Shown here: positions 12,790-25,800 of the stretch, in pieces
How the letters are laid out: each line of letters begins with the position of its first letter
Numbering within the stretch: the stretch's first letter is position 1
DNA from: Octopus sinensis
Taxonomy: Eukaryota
Reading direction: 5' to 3'
NCBI RefSeq assembly: GCF_006345805.1
Contig: NC_043005.1
Location: 29,016,001-29,080,000 of the forward strand
DNA length: 64,000 nucleotides
Translations under genes and position numbers: made by a program
Notes under the pieces: model-generated
Seen by the model: only the letters and a program-made list of their open reading frames with translations
What the model was told of the DNA's origin: nothing
The model's database searches: none

Positions 12790-15700
12790 CACTGTTTTAA
12801 CAAAAAGTTGTCTATGCTTGCAGAGGCCAGGTGTAATTCATTGAGACAGATTTTCTATGGATAGATGTCCTGCTTGTTAACAACTTTCAACTATTTTCAA
12901 GCAATGTAATATTTTCTCATGGCTTGACATGTTTTCACAGAAGATTGAAAATAAAGAGCATAAATTGCAAGACAGAGAGATAACAAGGTTACAAGCTGGG
13001 TGGAGGGTCTGCTGTTCATTTTTTTGTCTTATATTAGTGCTTATGTTGTTGTTGTCATCATCTTCATCATTTTAATGTCCAGCTTTCCCGAAGGGTGAAA
13101 GGAAGTTAAACCCAAGACATAAATAGAACAGTTCTCACCTGGATAACAGTTTAAAACAAATGGGTAAAAGTATCTGTGGTTCCCGTAATTTCTTCTTGTT
13201 CTGAAGGATCTCAAGAACCACAATAACACGCTGCCATGACAGACTATCAAGTTGGTTAGCTTCAGTTTCACCAGTCAACCTTAACAACAAGAAAATATTA
13301 TAGACATCACACAGTGAAGAAACAGCCATAAAACAAAACAGAACATGAGCTGCCAGAAGAAGGATGGCAGTATGTTATTAAGGTAACAGAATTATTGTTG
13401 CTATATCTACCCTGATCCCTTAAGACGACTGACCCCTCTCAATTGCAGTCTTCTACACATCTATGCTTAAAGAAAAACAAAACCTTTATTTCTTCCACCA
13501 AGTTAATGGCTTGAAGGAATACCAACAAACGTTATTGCCAACAATATAGCAGAGGTCAATTTAAAGACCCAGTTTTAGCAGAAGGAGAAAGGAAAGGAAG
13601 AAAGGACTGATAATTAGTGACCAAGGTCAGATTCTCATAACAAGAACCTAACACCATCACATCATCAAAGGATGGAACAGACTCACATTGCAGGATTAGT
13701 GTCTGGGGGTTTGTAATTCAAATCCTGCTGTGGTCAACTTTTGCCTTCATTCTTTTGAGGTTGATAAAATAAGAATCCAGGTGAGTGATAGAATTGTTGG
13801 TAGGTGGGACAAGATAACTTGTGCTATTTGTTCTAGTTCTTTGCCTTCAGAGTTCTCGAGCGATAGACAATCTGCTGGCAAGTTTAACATCAATACCTCC
13901 TGACCCTTGAGTGCCTGTAGCAGAGTTCAGTCTGCTGCAAGCATTCAGACTATGCTCCTGGTTTCAAGGTCACCCTCTACGATCAGTCTTAGAGGCCAAG
14001 ATAAAAGAATAAAAGGGTCATATGTGTGACCCTACACTCTTTGACTAAAAAGTAAAAAACAAAAAACAAAAAAAAAACAACAACAACCCTAGTTGTGTGT
14101 AAGGTAAGATTCTTACCTCTGTCCAATCGAAATGTATATTTGAACATTCCAACATTCCAAGCCTCATAATCAAAATAATGATGGCTGTAGTCTTTTGACT
14201 TCAGTTATTTCAGAGAACATGAACACATATTTTTCCATAGGAATTCTATTTTCACCCAATACCAACCAACCTACCTAAGGCCACTCCTGGATCCATGCTA
14301 TAAATTCACTGTTGTAATATGACCTAACTTAAAACCAAAACTTCCCAAAATTTCATGTTTGTTTATATTCCGAACAGGAAAAGAGATCTGGTCAATCAGG
14401 TTTGACCTGAAGTTAATAACAGCATATGCTATCACACACACATCACTTTATATATATATACACATATTGTATTCGCTTGTGCATTAATGCACTCATAATT
14501 CAGCATTAAATCTTCTCCCTTCATAGTTTAAGTCCATGTATAAGTGGCAAGCCCAGGTAACATCAACTATAAAATAGTGCAACTTGTACAAATACATATA
14601 GAACACCCCCACACACACACAAAACTCATGCAGAGAAATATACTTACATTTGGAACCGTTTGTTTTCAAATACTGTATTGCGGACAGGGTGAGATTGAAA
14701 TATGTCAAGTTCGTTCAATAGATAGGAGGACTTTATTGAAAACTGATCAAAATAAAACAGAAACAATATTACCACAACAATAACATGTATTACTACTAAT
14801 TAAAAAAAAAAAAAAATTAGTGACATTAGTGAGATTATATGATGATGGCTGTTGGTCAGGTGGACAAACCTGTGTTGATTCTCAAAGAGATTTTAGTCTA
14901 AATGGCACAATGTTTACTAGGCTCAGTCAAAAGATTTTATGGATTTTCACTTGTATTTCAATGTTATCTCGTTGGTTTGATACAACTTGTTATCCAATCA
15001 TTGCTGAATTGTTTATTCTTTAATTTACAGCTTTGATAATGAGTGGTGAAAAAAATTGCAATTACAGCCATTTTATGCTATGGTGGGGGGGGGGGACTGA
15101 ATGCAAGGAGAGCAGCACAAGAAAGTAATGATGGGGAAGGCCCAAGAACTGTCAACAAACATGTGGCACAAATCTAGTTCAGATGTTTTAAGGTGATACC
15201 AGTCTGGAAGACAAATCAAGGTCAGGAAGATCCTCTGTTGTGGAAGCTGAGGCTTTGCTTGAAATGGTTGAACAACAGCTAAGCACAAGCACTCATATAT
15301 TGTTGGCAGAACTTGGTTCTTCACAAACCACAATTGATTGACAACTCCATAAGCTCAACCTTGTGAACAGATGTTGTTGAGAAGCTCTTCATGAATTGAC
15401 CAATGACCAAGCTGAATGATGTGTGAACCTTTGCTAATGGTTGCAAGCAAATCCTTGAGATGCCCATTTTTGGTGTTGAATTGGGGATGAAAAATGGCCA
15501 GGTTTCAGAAACTGCTGACAAACAAGGGTTGTTTAGACAGACGGTCATATTATGAATGCTAACCTTTATGCTCAACAACTGCAATGAGTATATGACACTT
15601 CGAAAGCCCACAACCCAACTTTGGTCAATTGAAGACATGCACATCTACAGCATGGCAGTGCCTCAGCATACACTGCTAATGTGACCAAGTGCAAACTTGA

Positions 15701-16806
15701 GAGGCTAGAAGTGTTGCTTCACCCTGCGTACAGTTCAAACCAAGCATGAAATATGGAAAAAAAACTTTTGATTTAACTTGGTACTTCCCAGTAACTTGAA
15801 GTTCATCCTAACACATCTACACAATCCTCTTTCTTTTCCAACTGAGGCAGCCATGTATCTCCTCTTCAGCAAGGTACCAGTTAGGAATTACTTGGTAATC
15901 TTACTGGTGTTAGTGCTACAAAAAATAGCATCCAAAATACTCTGTAAAGTGGTTGGCATTAAAAAAGGAATCCAACCATAAAAACCAGGTCAGAGCAGAC
16001 ATTGGAGCCTGGTACAGTACTCTGGCTTGTTGCGAGCTCCTGGTGGATTGCTCAACCCATGCCCTCATGGATAACAGACGTTAAATAACGACAGCACAGT
16101 CTGCTCAGCTGGAAATGGATACCCTCCCTCTCTTATCCAAGTTGCAGTCAAATCCTGATATGAATTATTGCCATCTTTAAGGATGATGCTAAACTCCAAT
16201 TTTGATAGTAATGAGTGAATTAATGATCAGTCTTTTCCTGGATAGATTGCCAAACACTGGTGGACAATTATTATCACCCTTAAACACCTGGTACCTATTC
16301 TCCAACTAAGGTAAAAGTGAAGTATGTAAAAATATCTGGTCCAGTGGTAGGATATGAACTCATAGCCCTTCAGTTCATAGTCTGATATTTTACCCAGTTA
16401 TCTACTGTAGCGAGACAAGAATACCCCTGTACTGTAACTGGACATCCAGGTACCTAACTGACTTTATATAGCTGTTCATATACATGTTTAAATATATTTT
16501 GTTCTGTGTAAATATGTTTGACAAGGTTCTGAAAATGTTGTGTATTATAAAACATCCTGGTTATATTTTGATGGAATCAATATCTAATAAGTACATGCAC
16601 TGACTAAACTCACTGCTATATTATATATATATGCACATATACATATATATGCATATATATATACATATATGCATATATATATATATATATACACATATAT
16701 ATACATATACATATATGCATACACATATATACACACATATATATATATATATATACATATATGCATACACATATACATATATGCATATATATATATATAT
16801 ATATGC

Positions 16807-16837
<31 letters not shown>

Positions 16838-19800
16838 TATATATATAAGTGACCCGGTGGAGGAGGGTTGCAGATAGCTAGTTCATAAGAACAGAGGCTG
16901 TTGTAGTAGTGTTAGAAGAAACAGGGAGAAGACTCAGTGAGTGTGTGAGACAGTGGTTGTAGTTTGTTGGTAAATCCTTGTAAAGTCTGTTGTAGTAGTG
17001 GTAGAAGAGACAGTGAGAAGATACAGCATGTCTGTTAGCAAGTGGTTGTAGAGTATTGGTGAGTGAGGGTTTCCATTAGATGAAAGGAGGAGTTCTGTAT
17101 GTGAGGTAGGTTGTTAGGGTGTGCAGCACAGATATGAATAATCCTCTACACATGTACACACCACGACTGTTCGTTAGTTATAATACAACATCCTACACAA
17201 CACATCACATAAGGTGGGTGGGCCCCACTACAACACCACTCAGCTTACGGGATGTGTTCCAGTACAAAGTGCAAAATAAATAAATGAGGGAAAATAACTT
17301 ACATGTTTCAGAAGCTTACGAATCAATTCGGGTGTCCCAACAAAATCAGATTCAACAAGTGCTGTGAACAGGTGAGACATTAATTGTTGTTGACTGTCAT
17401 CATTTGGTAAACTCAGGTAAAACTCTTTGTTAATCTGTAGTAAAGAGTGTAATATATGGTTTGTTCATCACTAATTCATTAATCATGTTCTTTTATATAT
17501 TAATATACTTGTGAGTAGTATATTATATATTCTGAAACCAACAAAGTATTACTAAATATTGCATAAACTAATTTTGAGCATTGGGCCTCACAGAGGCAAT
17601 GACAAAGGACTGAGACCTTAGGCAATATGCTGTGCTTGATACTGGTGTCACACAATTGGCACATAAAAGCACCCATTACACTCTTGGAGTGGTTGGCATT
17701 AGGAAAGGCATCCATCTGTAGAAACCATGCCAATGGTGCAGCCCCTCAGCTTACCAGCCCTGATCAAACTGTCCAATCCATGCCAGCATAGACAATGGAT
17801 GTTAAAAGATGATGATGATTAATACATTTTTTATGAAAAGTTTGGTAAGTAGCACTTTACTGATTGTAGTATATATATTTTCATTGAAAGATGTGTAGCT
17901 TGTAGTCTAATTGATCATACAAATGGTGTTTTATGATTATTTCTAAAATTTGAATTTAATGACAATGTTGAAGGCAGAAAATAATATATACTGAAAGTAC
18001 TAATCTAAGAATATGGTAATATAATAACATAGAAAACAAATGAAAAGAAGACACATCGCAGAAGATGCTTTACAGTGCTGTACAAAACTATTTTAAGATC
18101 AAGTATAAAGATATTTTAATGTTCTTTACCAATTTAATAGCAAATTCCTGAATTTCTAACTGCTGCTTCTGGTTGGCACAATTTTTGAGACAAATGACTT
18201 TACCAAACAATTTGAAAGCTTGTGATTCCACCGTTAGGTTTGAAGCAATCTCTGGACTGTAACGTAATAATAGCAGGTTCAGGGAATCATGTTGGCATTG
18301 AGTAAGGGACTTGTTTTTTAGCATGTCCAGCAAACGACTCAGTAATGGCATCAGTTGAGACATCAGTTCCTGTAATGAGTAAACACACGAAGAACAGAAG
18401 AGATTAGACATACATGTGTTGTGACATAGGATTCAATACAAAAAGAGAGAGACAAGTGAGGGAAGAACAAACAAGGTGTATTAGCTTCACACTCAGGAAG
18501 TATGGAAGAGCCTTTGCTGTTTTGAAGAATCTATACTTCTTCTACAGAAAGGAATGAAGAAAGAAAATGGAGAAGTGGGGAAAGATAGAGAGAAAATATA
18601 CATACATATATATATACAGACATTAAATGATGATGATGATGACAAAGATAAGGATGATCATAAGCTTGCTCTACAAAGGCTGGCTTGGGGTTATAAGCAA
18701 CAACAACAATTATTATGGGTAACAAAAAACAACATGTACATGGATATACAACATACCATATTATTGAATTCCTTGAAGGCCTCCAGCATTGTCTTGATTA
18801 TATAGAATGGAGTGGTTTCCATAATCATCACATTGAAGATGTCTTGTACTGTCCGTTTTCTGGAGGAGCTATCTACGTCTCTCATGGAACTATCAGAATC
18901 ATAGTTTGAGTCATAATTCATCACTTGTCCAATCACCTGAAGAAAGATAAAAAAGGAAAATATTTAATAACAAAGCTGTATACTTCCTTCTGCTTGCTGT
19001 CAATTGTAAACACACTGATGTCAGCATTCTTCATTCCTTCTTTAACCCTTTTGCTACCATATTTCCCTTCAAATATAATGTTTTTTCTTTTAATGAATTT
19101 TGAAATTAATGAAGAATTTAGTAAAATAACTGACTACTAAGCTGATGTTTGGAGCACTAGTTAACAGAAAATCTTGATGGAAGATTTTAATTTAGATTAT
19201 TTTAAAACAAGAAGTTTATATCACAGAACCCAGGGGCAGTATCAGAAGAGTTAACTTGCATGTAACGATGAACTTCCACTCAACTCAAATACTCAAGATG
19301 CTTGGCTGGAAGGTCTTGCTGCACAGGAAGATTAAATGTTCTCATGAAAACTAATGATAAAAAACAAATACCAAATTGTTTTTATCAAAAACAGCAATGA
19401 ATTTAAAGAAATGGCTTGTTTATATATCTGCAATAATATCCTCAGTTTATTCACCTAAAAAACCAGAAAATTGTTGAGAGTCAGATTCTTATCTGGACAT
19501 CAAAATCTGACTGAAACCCTTCAAACTTATTATCAGAGATGATGTGGATCAGCTTGTGTTTTGTGAATTGGGAGAAAATGGAATTGAAGGGAAAAAAATA
19601 CAGAAAATGAAGTGATTCAAATGAGCCTCATAGATGTAGAGCAATCATCTGAACATTGTATAAAAGCATTTAAATATCTTCTGTCAGGTTCTTGGAGGCT
19701 TAATGTCTATATTGAATCCATTCAGGAGTTTCATATGATTTCTAAATTTCAGATGACTTAAATGATTGTATAAAATAAGCACCAGTGTGTATAACATTTA

Positions 19801-22800
19801 TAGCAAATGTGGAATGGCATTAGCCACGATATTTTGTCTCAGAGAAACTTTTCTAAGAGACTTGTATGTTAAAAGACACACGGCTTTGTTCAGAATAACA
19901 GTGGGTTGCAGTATTTTAATCCAATGCTATTTCAAGTGTGTGTATTAATATAAAATAAGCCTAACCTTAATGATATGACATTCATTTGGTGAGAGAAACA
20001 AGTATATATCTGGTTCTATAAGTTGCTTTTCTAGATATAAGCATGCATTGTCAAAATGTTCTGCATTTGGTAAAATGTATTTTAAATGTAAAAAAGAATC
20101 AATTTCAGGCAGTATATAAATCTATGTATTTAATTGTGCATAAAGTTTAAAATCATCAGGCTTGATTATCAATCAAGATAAATCTGTTAAAGACTGATGA
20201 AATGGATTTTGGAGAGGATGCGGACTGAGAAAGGTGAGGATATTTCCATATCATCCTTTGGCAGTGAGAATTATGGATGCAATATTACTAAAAATTAAAT
20301 GTAATGAAAATCATTTCTTCATCTTGTCAATGTCCCTCAGAAATATGTTGACCATTAGCCAGACCACGTATCGTCACTCTTTTATGGTGAGTCCAATAAC
20401 AAAAAGCATTTGAGGATGTATAACTGATGTTAGCGTCAAAGTTTGTAATTCAGATTTATGATGCCATAAAAATGGTTACCTTCACAATTGATGTAAATGA
20501 AAAGGAATACATCAGGAATACTCTCACAGACCAACTACTCTGTATTTGTCAAGGATATATAATCACAACTGAAACAAGATACTATAACACTGAAAGATAA
20601 GCCTTGGCAATTGCATGGTGTACTCAGCATTTACCTGCTTGATCAAAAACTTTAAATTGTTCTCAGATCAGGTAGGCTATTAGGAGTTAATTTCAGCAAA
20701 AATTGAGGCTTATCAAAAGCAACATTTGCTCACAAAGATGAGCTCATGCTTCTGATATTAGTATAATTTGTGTAAGGTAGTGAGCTGGCAGAAATGTTAG
20801 CATGCCGGGTGAAATGCTTAGCGGTATTTTGTTTGCCTCTACATTCTAAGTTCAAATTCCACTGAGGTTGAATTTGCCTTTCATCCTTTTGGGGTTGATA
20901 AATTAAGTACCAGTTGCATACTGGGATTAACCTAATCAACTTCCCCACTCCCCCAAAATTTCAGGCCTTGTGCCTAGAGTTGAAAAGATTATTATAATTT
21001 GTGTGTAGTAAGATGTGAATGCCCATAAAATGTATAGGAATTTGTATGTAAGTATAATAATGTATATGCATATAGCAGTATGCTTCTGTGTAGCAATGTG
21101 TATATGTATACAAGTGTTTGTGTGTCTGCATATAGCTGTAAAGTGAAGTGTATGGGAACATATGCTTGTCTATATGTGGATGTATTTACAGTGTTTAGGA
21201 ATATCACAATGTAGTGTATAAGAGTACATGTGAATTGCAAGAATGTGCAGATCTACATTCTAGCTATAACTTACTCTTGGGAGATCCTCGTATGACTCAA
21301 TGGTGTCTAGGTCAGCAATCAGTTTCTTCAGAAAATAATGGTAAGGAAGAGTTTTTCTGTGACCCTTTGGATACACCACCGGCATACAACTGACAGCAGC
21401 TTTCCTGATCATTGACTTCTTGCTGCCAAGTGCAGCAATCATGCTCACCATAACTGGAATGAAATAAAATAGAATCAGTGAGTGAGTTTCAAGATAAATC
21501 AGAGGGGAAGAAATGTCCCAGACAATAAAGGTAGAATGACAAATAGATACCAGGGAGAACAACAACATAATACAGTAGGTAGGGCCAGTCAGATGAGGTC
21601 GGTGCCAGTACAGCCTGACTGGCCCCCGTGCCGGTGGCACGTAAAAAGCACCCACTACACTCTCGGAGTGGTTGGCATTAGGAAGGGCATCCAGCTGTAG
21701 AAACTCTGCCAAATTAAGATTGGAGCCTGGTGCAACCATCTGGTTTGCCAGCCCTCAGTCAAAATCGTCCAACCCATGCTAGCATGGAAAGTAGATGTTA
21801 AACGATGATGAATCATCATTCAGCGCCAGTTGTCCATACTGGTATGGATTGGACAGTTTGACTGAGCTGACATGCTGCACCAGACTACAGTCTGATTTGG
21901 CATGGCTTTCTACAGCTAGATGCTCTTCCTAACGCCAACTACTCCAAGAGTGTAATGAGTGCTTTTATGTGCCACCAGAATGCGTGTCATTTGCGTGCCA
22001 CCAGCATGGGTGCTAATTTGCATGACACCAATATCTGCTACGACTACAATTTTGCTTGGCTTAATGGGTCTTCTTTTCAAGCACAACATAATGCCAAAGG
22101 TCTTGGCCATTGCCTCTGTGAGGCACAACACTTGAAAGAAACTAAACCACCTTTCCTCTGTGAGGCCCAGCACTTGAAAGGAGGCTCGTGGTTAATTGTG
22201 TAAGTATAAGATCATCATCATCATCGTTTAACGTCTGTTCTCCATGCTAGCATGGGTTGGACGGTTCGACCGGGGATCTGGCAATGTTTCTACAGCTGGA
22301 TGCCCTTCCTAACGCCAACCACTCCGTGAGTGTAGTGGGTGCTTTTTACGTGCCACCTGCACAGGGGCCAGGCGAGGATTGGTGTATTTTATGTGCCACC
22401 GGCACAGAAGCCAGTGGAGGCGGCGCTGGCATCGGCCACGAGTCAGATAGTGTTTTTTACGTACCACCAGACCAGGGATCCTGGCTGGTTCAATTCGATT
22501 TCGATTTCCCCAACATGTCTTCGCAAGCAAAGGGGGTTGGCATGGGTGCCTGTCGTACGGTCGGATTGGTGTATTTTACGTTCCACCGGCAATATATATA
22601 TATATCCCATCTCTGTTAGATGGCACAAGCACTTACATACACATATCTATACACACACACACACTTCATAGATATCTTTAATACTGCAGGTATAAATACC
22701 ATAAAACATACATCTTATCATCATCATCATCGTTTAACGTCCGTTCTCCATGCTAGCATGGGTTGGACGGTTCGACCGGGGATCTGGGAAACCAGAAGGC

Positions 22801-25800
22801 TGCACCAGGCTCCAGTCTTATCTGGCAATGTTTCTATAGCTGGATGCCCTTCCTAACGCCAACCACTCCGTGAGTGTAGTGGGTGCTTTTTACGTGCCAC
22901 CTGCACAGGTGCCAGGCGAGGCTGGCAATGGCCACGGTCGGATTGGTGCACTCCATTCAAATTTAGTTGACCTGGACTATACAACAACTGTAGCTACCAA
23001 TATTAAATGCTTTAACCACCTATACTAAGTGCTAGAGCTCCAAACACTACCAACTACTTTAACCACCAATACTAACTACAATCATTTCCACCACCAACTA
23101 CTATAGCCAGCAAATCTAACAACAACAGCTATTAACACCAATTACTTTAGCCATTATAACTAAATACCAACCCATTAATTGTTAATTAATGAAGCTAACA
23201 TTTTCGTCAACAATTTAACCTTTAACTTTTGGAAATCATTATCAGAGTAATTAACTTCTGCTACATTTAACATCCGTTAACTTCAATTCAATTCTATAGT
23301 TTTAAAAGGTGTTTTTAGAGCAAAAAAACTGAATTTTTTTTATTCATTCTATAATAAAAATTAATGTTAATGGTTTATTGATAAGTTCCGCTATATTTTT
23401 AAAGAACTGATTAATGGTTATCAAAGTTAATTTTTTGGTTAATGAAGTTAAATTTTTGATTAATGGCACCCACCTTTGCTAAATATTATTTAGATTGCTT
23501 CCAGTCATCTCATGTGACTTCTTTTCTTTTTCTTATATTGTGGACAATGGCACTGGGGGTGGGATTATGGTGAGTATGGGGATCAGTAATAGTAGTTGTG
23601 GTTAGGGTAAATAGAGATAGTGGTTTGGTGGGTGGGATGAAGAAGTAATGAGAAGCAGAGTAAAGCGGGTAGTGAGGAGTAGGAAGAAACGGTAGTAATG
23701 GCAGGTAATGGTTATGTCAGTAGTGGTAGGCAAGGGTCATGGTGATGTCTGAAATATTCTTTTCTACTCTAGGCACAAGGCCTGAAATTTTTGGGAGGGG
23801 GCCAGTCAATTAGATTGACCCCAGCATGCAACTGGTACTTAATTTATCAACCTCGAAAGGACGAAAGGCAAAGTTGACCTTGGTGGAATTTGAACTCAGA
23901 ATGTAAAGACAAATGAAATACCGCTAAGCATTTCGCCTGGCGTGCTAATTATTCTGCCAGCTCGCCACCATGTGATGTCTGAAATATTGAGAAAGTGAAG
24001 TGTTTCTACTAACCTGGTACAGGAGACAACATCCACTTGTGGACATAGTTCGGATCAACAGATTTAATCCATATGTAACCCGTCTTTAGAGCACTAAGTT
24101 GCTGCTGGCTTATGATGTGGGCAGCAGATCGTTGCTGCATGTCTGCTGTCCACAAGAAACACAAGAATTTATCAAATACATCATATTTGACCAATTCCTG
24201 AAAGCAAAGATAAAAAAAATGTAAGTCAATAAAGTATTTATTTTATGGACAGAAATAAAATAAAGTAGAATCATAAGATATATTTTATCAGTGAGTGATG
24301 AATTCAACTTGAGATGAGAGAACAGGAGGTTGTGATGTTCATCATCATCATTCTAATGTCCAGTCTTCCATGCTGGCACTGGGTCAGATGGAATTCATTG
24401 AGACAGATTTTCTACAATTGGATGTCTTTCTTGTTGCCAACCCTCATTTGTTTCCAAGTTGATATTCCCCTTCGACCAGATATATTTTCATGGACAATGG
24501 AAATACAAGACACTGCTCGTGTGATAGTGACATTCACTCACAGCTATCATGTGATGTCAAGGCAAGGACACCTTAACACACGCACACATCTATACATACA
24601 ATGGTCTTCTTTTCAATTTCCATCTACCAAATCTACTCATAAGGCTTTGGTCGACAGCCAAAGTACCACACAATGGCACTGAACACAAAATCATGTGGCT
24701 GGAAAGCAAACTTCTTATCACACAGCCACATCTGGTTTTCTTAATGTATTAGTAAAGAAATAAAATAGTTACATCCACCCAACTACTGCTACAGAGGTGG
24801 AGGCACATGGCTTAGTGGTTAGTGCAGCGGACCTGCAGGCGAGGGATTGCGTGTTTGAATCTCACACTGGGCGATGTGTGTGTTTATGAGCGAAACACCT
24901 AAGTGTCATGCAGCTCCGGTAGAAGGTAATGGCGAACTTCTGACTCTTTCGTCATAACTTTCTCGCACTCTTTCCTCCTGCATCTAGCAACTCACCTACA
25001 ACGGACCGGTGTCCCATCCAGGTGGGGAACCTACACACCAATGAAACGGCCCTTATGAGCCAGGCACAGCTCAAGAAGGAATGAACAACAACTGCTATAG
25101 AGAGAAAGGACAACTTCCATGGCTCTTTGGGGAGTGGTGGGAAGTTATTCCGAAACCAGAGAATGATTCAAATGCTTGCAACTGAGTGAAATTCCCTTAA
25201 AAGAAGCTGAAAGCCAGGTGGTCCCTAATATTTACCTTAACTCTTCCTAGATTGGACACAACTGAAGTTGTGCAACCGCCCTGTAGCTCCACCTATATCC
25301 CAGACAAACCATTCTTTTGACATATAAAGCCACATATTTGTGAGGGAATAGTGTAGTCAGCTGATCCCCAAACCAATATATTACAGAGAGTTTTTGATGG
25401 GTCTTGGAAAGATGAATGGTAAAGTTAATTCTGGTGGAATTTGAACTCAAAACATAGGGAGACTGTTAAACATTTAATATAACATTCTAGTATTCTACAG
25501 CCTTGTTCACCATGCTCAATGAAATTGGTTGTGAATGTATTTCCAAAGTGTTCACGAGACATCAGAATGGAGAAGCTGCTGGGTGGAAGAAATGGAGTGA
25601 GAGAAGAGGTGAACAAACGAAACAAGATGACATTGATGAAATATATTTATTTGTATGTCACAGCTGTTCCTACATTTTATGATGTCATAGCTGTCACTCG
25701 TTAATACCATAGTCGTCTCAACACTTTTATGATTTCACACCTGTTTTACATTTTACAATGCTTTAGCCAGAGCTAACACTACATTTTATAGTAGTATGTC

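Noticed and set aside
14110-14200. Strong minus-strand donor CAGAG|GTAAGA
   Set aside because: The flanking exons already join in phase and the peptide is not HEATR1-like.
16584-16852. Several overlapping Y/I/H-rich ORFs
   Set aside because: (TA/CATA)n microsatellite artefacts.
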